DNA from: Bacteroidales bacterium
GTDB lineage: Bacteria; Bacteroidota; Bacteroidia; Bacteroidales; WCHB1-69
Length of the DNA: 64,000 nt
Reading direction: 5' to 3'
NCBI GenBank assembly: GCA_017506175.1
Contig: JAFVNW010000009.1
Span: 2,754-66,753 of the forward strand
In this document: positions 58,795 to 64,000 of the stretch, one piece after another
Position numbering within the stretch: the stretch's first letter is position 1
Layout: the number at the start of each line of letters is the position of its first letter
Notes under the pieces: generated by a model
Database searches by the model: none
Told to the model about the DNA's origin: nothing
The model's input: only the letters and a program-made list of their open reading frames with translations
Program-made: the position numbers and the translations under genes

Positions 58795-60024
58795 ATGAAA
58801 TTCATAGAAAACATCAAAATTTTGGTTGTAGCTGTGCTGCTCCTGCTGGCAAGTGCCTCCTGCAACAAGGAATTGGACAATGCCCCCTTCATCACTTTCG
58901 ACGGGAGCGCCAACATGACCATTGCTGAACTGCTCGCGCTGCATCAGGTCAGCAACGTTGACAGTTACGACTCCATTCCCGACGGCACCATCATTTGCGG
59001 AATCATCACCTCTTCCGATGCCGCCGGCAACTGCTACAAATTCATCACCATCCAAGACGAGACCGGCGGAATTCAAATCAAGGTCGACGACTCCTCCCTC
59101 TTCCCCAAATACCAAATCGGCCAGAAAGTTTATGTGAAATGCGGCGACATGGTCATCGGCGACTACCGTAAGAACAAGCAGATAGGCTTCTGGGTTGACG
59201 GCGCGATGTCGGGCATTGCGAGTTCACAAGAAGACCTCTATATTTTCCGCGACGGACTTGTAGGAGAAGAACCGGCAGCCATTGAGATTTCCTCAGCCAA
59301 TCAGATTACCGACGGCATGATCAACTGCCTCGTCAAGCTGCAAAACTGCCAATTTGAGGACGGCGGACAGCTCAACTATTGCGATGACGGCACCTCCACC
59401 TCCCGCAATATCGTCTTTGCCGACAACAGTTCCATCGTGCTGAGAACCAGCAACTATGCCGACTTCGCCTACACCCTACTCCCCGAAGGCACCGGCGTCA
59501 TCTACGGCATTCTCACCACCTACAACACCACCCGCCAACTGGTCATCCGATCCACAGCCGACGTACAGCTCGTGAACACCCATACCGAAACCATTGCAAG
59601 CGTGGACTTCTCCTCCAACCCTCTTGAAACCCAAGGATGGACGGAACTCGCGACCGACAACACGAACTGGTTCTACTACGCCATCAGATCCTCCTTCGCC
59701 ATCCAAGGCGGCACCAACACCACCGACAGCTGGCTAATCTCGCCCGCTTACAGCAATTTCGGGAATGCCCAAATCATACTCAATGTTGACCAGGAGATAC
59801 TTCAGGGTGCCGCCCCCAGCAAATACAGGATCTATTGCAGCACCACCTTTAACGGAAGTTCCGCCGATGAAAGCGAATGGACCGAAATCACGCCCGGCGA
59901 AGTCCTTCCCACCGAGATGACCTCCAACCCCAACTTCCGCATCGCATTCCGCTATCAGGACAGCGGCACCAATAAATTCTGGGAAATTTCAGGAATCCGC
60001 TTCAATGCAATTGTAGTCCGCTAA
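58795..60024 (+). CDS. DUF5689-like surface lipoprotein (OB-like N-domain + choice-of-anchor-J-like C-domain)
   Basis: Lipobox LLASASC. SSDAAGNCYKFITIQDETGGIQIKV, LRTSNYADFA and DSWLISPA motifs. Family assigned by recollection. Confidence 0.55.
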   Translation: MKFIENIKILVVAVLLLLASASCNKELDNAPFITFDGSANMTIAELLALHQVSNVDSYDSIPDGTIICGIITSSDAAGNCYKFITIQDETGGIQIKVDDSSLFPKYQIGQKVYVKCGDMVIGDYRKNKQIGFWVDGAMSGIASSQEDLYIFRDGLVGEEPAAIEISSANQITDGMINCLVKLQNCQFEDGGQLNYCDDGTSTSRNIVFADNSSIVLRTSNYADFAYTLLPEGTGVIYGILTTYNTTRQLVIRSTADVQLVNTHTETIASVDFSSNPLETQGWTELATDNTNWFYYAIRSSFAIQGGTNTTDSWLISPAYSNFGNAQIILNVDQEILQGAAPSKYRIYCSTTFNGSSADESEWTEITPGEVLPTEMTSNPNFRIAFRYQDSGTNKFWEISGIRFNAIVVR

Positions 60025-60047
60025 CCCCAACAAAAAAAATCATTTCT

Positions 60048-61310
60048 ATGAAAAAATACATCTTCCCCATTTTGATCATTGCCGCCATGCTGTTTGCCAG
60101 CAGCTGCAACAAATACGAAGCCCCCGACTTCGAAGTGCCGAAATACAACGGAGAACCCGCCAACAAAACGATTCAGGACATCATCGATGTTTACGAAGCC
60201 CATGGCTCAATGGACTCCATCTGCCACGCTGGCGAAACATTCATCGTGAAAGCGACGGTTGTAAGTTCCGATGAAGGAGGCAATTACTATAAAACCATGG
60301 TTCTACAAGATGAGACCGCAGGCATTCAGATGCAGATCAACGCCTCCGGACTTTGCCACATCTATCCGGTCGGACAAACTGTTTACTTGGATTGTCGAGG
60401 CCTGGTGGTGGGCAACTACCACGGCGTTTATCAGATAGGCTGGATTTACCAGGGCTCCGTCGGCAGAGTGGACCAGAACTTCCTCAGCCAATATCTCCAC
60501 AAAGACGGGCTTCCCGTGGATGTAACCCCCATGATTACAGATATCACCTCCCCTTCTGACTTGAATTCTTCCAATGTCAACAAACTGGTGAGAATCAGAA
60601 ACTGCCAGTTCGCTGAAGAAGCCGTGGGGCTTCCTTTGGCAGAAGAGACTGTCACCACCAACCGCTATCTGGCCAGCATCAACGGTAGTGAATGTTCGAA
60701 CCTTGTGACACGGACATCCAACTACGCCAAATTCCGCAAACACATCATTCCGGGTGGCACCGGTGACATTGTGGGCATCCTCTCCGTATATCAATCCAGC
60801 ACGACCACCTACCAGCTGATGCTCCGCACCATTGACGACCTCGGTACATTCGGTGTAGTGGGGGATGCCTACCCGATGACATTCGAAGGCGGACAAAGCA
60901 GCTGGACCACAACAGGGAGTTGGGAATTTTTTGCAAGCCACAACAGCATGCTGCACCGCAACGTGTCTGAAGCCTGCGACGACTGGTTGATCTCCCCCGT
61001 CATCCCTTACAACACCGTCAGCGGCAGCGAAGTCTATGTGGACGAGATGTTCCAAAGCATCGGAGGGGTTGACCTCGACAACTTCAGCATTTACTACACA
61101 ACTGTTCTTGAAGGCACTCCCAATGAAAGCGACTGGCATCCGCTCATTGTAAACAATTATCCGACGGGGACTTACACCCAAGTTCAAGTTTCCGGACTCG
61201 CCAATCTCACCGCCGATTTCCGCATCGGTTTCCGCTACAAGTCCGAAGGCGTCTGCACCGCCAGCTGGGCCGTCAAAGGCGTTCACTTCATGAAATTGAT
61301 TACAGAATGA
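60048..61310 (+). CDS. DUF5689-like surface lipoprotein, paralogue of the preceding gene
   Basis: Lipobox MLFASSC. SSDEGGNYYKTMVLQDETAGIQMQI, TRTSNYAKFR and DDWLISPV align motif for motif with 58795-60024. Confidence 0.55.
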   Translation: MKKYIFPILIIAAMLFASSCNKYEAPDFEVPKYNGEPANKTIQDIIDVYEAHGSMDSICHAGETFIVKATVVSSDEGGNYYKTMVLQDETAGIQMQINASGLCHIYPVGQTVYLDCRGLVVGNYHGVYQIGWIYQGSVGRVDQNFLSQYLHKDGLPVDVTPMITDITSPSDLNSSNVNKLVRIRNCQFAEEAVGLPLAEETVTTNRYLASINGSECSNLVTRTSNYAKFRKHIIPGGTGDIVGILSVYQSSTTTYQLMLRTIDDLGTFGVVGDAYPMTFEGGQSSWTTTGSWEFFASHNSMLHRNVSEACDDWLISPVIPYNTVSGSEVYVDEMFQSIGGVDLDNFSIYYTTVLEGTPNESDWHPLIVNNYPTGTYTQVQVSGLANLTADFRIGFRYKSEGVCTASWAVKGVHFMKLITE

Positions 61311-61391
61311 TCGATGATTATTTAATGAGTGCAAAAATCTTTAATACTTAAATACATCATACCTAACACATAACACTTCCTATCTTAAATA

Positions 61392-62606
61392 ATGGACGAC
61401 ATTAAATTCAACACGATAGAAGAGGCGATTGAGGATTTCAAGAACGGGAAATTCCTAATCGTCGTTGATGACGAAGACAGAGAGAACGAAGGCGATTTCA
61501 TTATTGCTGCGGAGAAGATAACGCCTGAGAAGGTGAACTTCATGATGAGTTACGGGCGCGGGGTTTTGTGCGCTCCCATGAGCAGCGAGCGCTGCAACAA
61601 TCTGAAACTGGATATGCAGGTGGCGAACAACACCTCCCTTCACGGCACGCCCTTCACCATTACGGTGGACTTGTTGGGGAACGGCTGTACGACAGGCGTT
61701 TCCATGTACGACCGTGCGTCGACCATCAAGGCATTGGCAGATCCCGACAGCAAAGCTGACATGTTCGGGCGTCCTGGACACATCAACCCACTGCGCGCCC
61801 GCGACGGGGGCGTGCTGGTTCGCGCAGGACATACCGAAGCGGCTGTGGACTTGACCAAACTCGCCGGCTTGCAGCCCGTGGGTGCCCTGATTGAAATCAT
61901 CAACCCCGACGGGACCATGGCACGCCTGCCGCAATTGGCGGAAGTGGCCAAGAAACACGACATCAAACTCATCAGTATCCAAGATCTGATTGCCTACCGC
62001 GTGCAAAAAGAGACCTTGATTCGCAAGGAAGAAGAGGTGAACCTACCTACACAATGGGGCAACTTCAGACTGATTGCCTACACGCAACTCAACAACAACA
62101 ACACCCATCTGGTGCTGAAGAAGGGCGATTGGGACAAGGATGAGACGATTATGGTGCGCGTCCATTCCTCCTGCGTCACCGGCGACATTTTCGGCTCCTG
62201 CAAGTGCGACTGCGGTGCCCAACTTCACCAATCAATGCAGATGATTGAACATGAAGGAAAGGGCATGGTGCTGTATATGAATCAGGAGGGCCGCGGAATC
62301 GGGCTGGTGAACAAGTTGAGAGCCTATCACCTACAAGAGATGGGACGCGACACCGTGGAGGCGAACCTCGAACTCGGCTTCCGCGCCGATGAACGCGACT
62401 ATGGTATCGGCGCACAAATCCTGCGCGACCAGAATGCGACCAAAATCCGCCTCATCACAAACAACCCGACCAAACGCGCCGGTTTACGCGGACACGGCAT
62501 CGATATCGTGGAAACCATCCCCATCATCATCGAACCGAACAAGGAAAACATCCGCTACTTGAAAACCAAGCAAGAGAAGATGGGACACAACCTGCACTTG
62601 AAATAG
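61392..62606 (+). CDS. ribBA: Bifunctional 3,4-dihydroxy-2-butanone-4-phosphate synthase / GTP cyclohydrolase II
   Basis: 404 aa. [12 protein letters not shown] (RibB) and [19 protein letters not shown] (RibA zinc site). Confidence 0.9.
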   Translation: MDDIKFNTIEEAIEDFKNGKFLIVVDDEDRENEGDFIIAAEKITPEKVNFMMSYGRGVLCAPMSSERCNNLKLDMQVANNTSLHGTPFTITVDLLGNGCTTGVSMYDRASTIKALADPDSKADMFGRPGHINPLRARDGGVLVRAGHTEAAVDLTKLAGLQPVGALIEIINPDGTMARLPQLAEVAKKHDIKLISIQDLIAYRVQKETLIRKEEEVNLPTQWGNFRLIAYTQLNNNNTHLVLKKGDWDKDETIMVRVHSSCVTGDIFGSCKCDCGAQLHQSMQMIEHEGKGMVLYMNQEGRGIGLVNKLRAYHLQEMGRDTVEANLELGFRADERDYGIGAQILRDQNATKIRLITNNPTKRAGLRGHGIDIVETIPIIIEPNKENIRYLKTKQEKMGHNLHLK

Positions 62607-62631
62607 GGTGTGGATAGCCGACTTATTGCGA

Positions 62632-63675
62632 ATGATGAGAAACGACAAGAGCCATCGAGAGTTTCATCGTGCGGCCGTCAAAACCGTCTTCTTCCTCATT
62701 GCACCCTTCCTTCTCGCCTCCTGCAGCAAAAAACAGGTGCACAATTTTTCCGGGATAGCCATTGGCACATACTACTCAGTAACCTATGTAGGGAAAGAAG
62801 ACCTCTCTCTTCCGGAAGCTGCCGACTCCATCATTGCGTCTATCAATCGGGATTTCTCGATTTTCGACTCCACTTCGACGGTGTCGCGACTCAACGCGAA
62901 CACAACCGCCATCCTCCCCGACGACATCATCCATCTCATCTGCCTTTCAAATCACATCAGCGAAGAGACGGGCGGCGCGTTCGACATCACCATAGGACCG
63001 CTGGTTAACGCGATGGGGTTCGGCAAAAACAGCGATTTCGATACATTATCATACCAGCAGCAAATGGATTCGCTCCAACACTTCGTTGGATATCAGAAGA
63101 TTTCCGTTGCAAATGGCAAACTAAAAAAGGAAGACTCGCGTATCCAACTGGATTTCAATGCAATAGCAAAAGGATATGCGGTGGACAAGATTGCCAAGAT
63201 GATGCAGGAAAAGGGCTACGAGAACTTTCTTGTGGACATTGGCGGCGAGGTGCTTGCGCAAGGGTGGAAGTACGAGGGACAGGAATGGCGCGTAGGCGTG
63301 CAGATTCCTACGGAAACTCAAAACGGACTGATTGAGACGAACTACATTTTTGAACTGCCACTGAAGAGCGGGCTGAATTGCGTAGCAACCAGCGGCAATT
63401 ATCGCAACTACAAGGAAATCAACGGGAAGCGCTATTCGCACATCATCAACCCAGTTACGGGAAATTCCGAGAACAGTTCGCTGCTGAGCGTCTCCGTTAT
63501 CGCCAAGGACTGCGCCAGCGCCGATGCGTACGCCACTGCATTCATGGTGCTCGGAATTGAGAAATCAATGGCGATTCTACAGAATCACAATGAGTTGGCC
63601 GCGCATTTCATCTACTACGAAAACGGAAATTTCCAATATAAACAGACCTCCAATTTTCCCAAAAGCATTCAATAA
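62632..63675 (+). CDS. apbE: FAD:protein FMN transferase (ApbE family) lipoprotein
   Basis: Lipobox FLLASC. GAFDITIGPL, NAIAKGYAVD and ADAYATAFMVLG motifs. Start set to ATG 62632. Confidence 0.85.
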   Translation: MMRNDKSHREFHRAAVKTVFFLIAPFLLASCSKKQVHNFSGIAIGTYYSVTYVGKEDLSLPEAADSIIASINRDFSIFDSTSTVSRLNANTTAILPDDIIHLICLSNHISEETGGAFDITIGPLVNAMGFGKNSDFDTLSYQQQMDSLQHFVGYQKISVANGKLKKEDSRIQLDFNAIAKGYAVDKIAKMMQEKGYENFLVDIGGEVLAQGWKYEGQEWRVGVQIPTETQNGLIETNYIFELPLKSGLNCVATSGNYRNYKEINGKRYSHIINPVTGNSENSSLLSVSVIAKDCASADAYATAFMVLGIEKSMAILQNHNELAAHFIYYENGNFQYKQTSNFPKSIQ

Positions 63676-63741
63676 GTAAAAATGACAAAGATTATCCGCA
63701 ATTGAGGCACTTTCCGGATAAGAGTATTTAAGAATCAAATC

Positions 63742-64000
63742 ATGAAAGACAATTTTAAATTAGTAACGATTGCCACCACCGCTTCCTCTTCAGAAGCGCA
63801 ACTTCTCAAAACCATTCTTGAAGACGGTGGCATAGAAGCCTATGTGCAAGATGAGATGGCAGGACAGTATGTATCCCCAACCGGATATAGGATTCAGGTG
63901 GAGGCACAGAATGCGGAGGCAGCGAAAGCATTTTTAGCCGAAAACCCTCAGTACACAATCAACGGAGAACCCTCCCTGGAAGAGCAAAGCGATTCAGCAA
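63742..64000 (+). CDS. DUF2007-like small protein (runs to window end)
   Basis: Hand translation from ATG 63742: MKDNFKLVTIATTASSSEAQLLKTILEDGGIEAYVQDEM... No stop before position 64000. Confidence 0.45.
   Translation, partial: MKDNFKLVTIATTASSSEAQLLKTILEDGGIEAYVQDEMAGQYVSPTGYRIQVEAQNAEAAKAFLAENPQYTINGEPSLEEQSDSA

Noticed and set aside
57638-61334. Long minus-strand ORFs (381, 112 and 343 aa) antisense to the barrel/DUF5689 operon
   Set aside because: These are shadow frames of strongly supported plus-strand genes. They have V/G/H/A-rich nonsense composition and no start context.

Overview
This looks like a core chromosomal segment of a Bacteroidota (Bacteroidales-like) genome. The phylum call rests on recurring TAnnTTTG -7 promoter boxes, leaders without Shine-Dalgarno sequences, a lipoprotein-type Omp85 barrel, TonB-dependent receptors and many Bacteroidota-specific DUF families. 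The window is densely packed with about 62 protein-coding genes, mostly housekeeping: eno, ansA, rfbD, ribE, ribBA, uppS, rsmA, rpsA, hutI, PBP1A, tnaA, tig-clpP-clpX, parAB, pheT, mpl and four ATP synthase genes. I found no rRNA, tRNA, CRISPR array, transposase, integrase or phage genes, so this is not an obvious accessory island. No clear-cut novel system stands out. The items most worth a second look are:
- A DUF3127 protein built like SSB: small domain, Q/P-rich linker and an acidic DDGLPF tip.
- An atypical TonB-dependent-type barrel followed by two paralogous DUF5689-like surface lipoproteins.
- A translationally coupled cluster of four exported genes directly behind tig-clpP-clpX.
- An F-type ATP synthase gene set split into atpBE and atpDC(+pcm), with no b, delta, alpha or gamma genes in the window.
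- A TonB-dependent receptor cut by a single in-frame TAG.
- Several short tandem repeats placed exactly in 5' leaders (hutI, clpP, mrp).
- An 18-nt x10 coding repeat giving an (AKTTAP)n secreted protein.

All family assignments come from motif recognition by eye, with no database search. Start codons were re-picked by hand where the ORF track began at an upstream alternative start.
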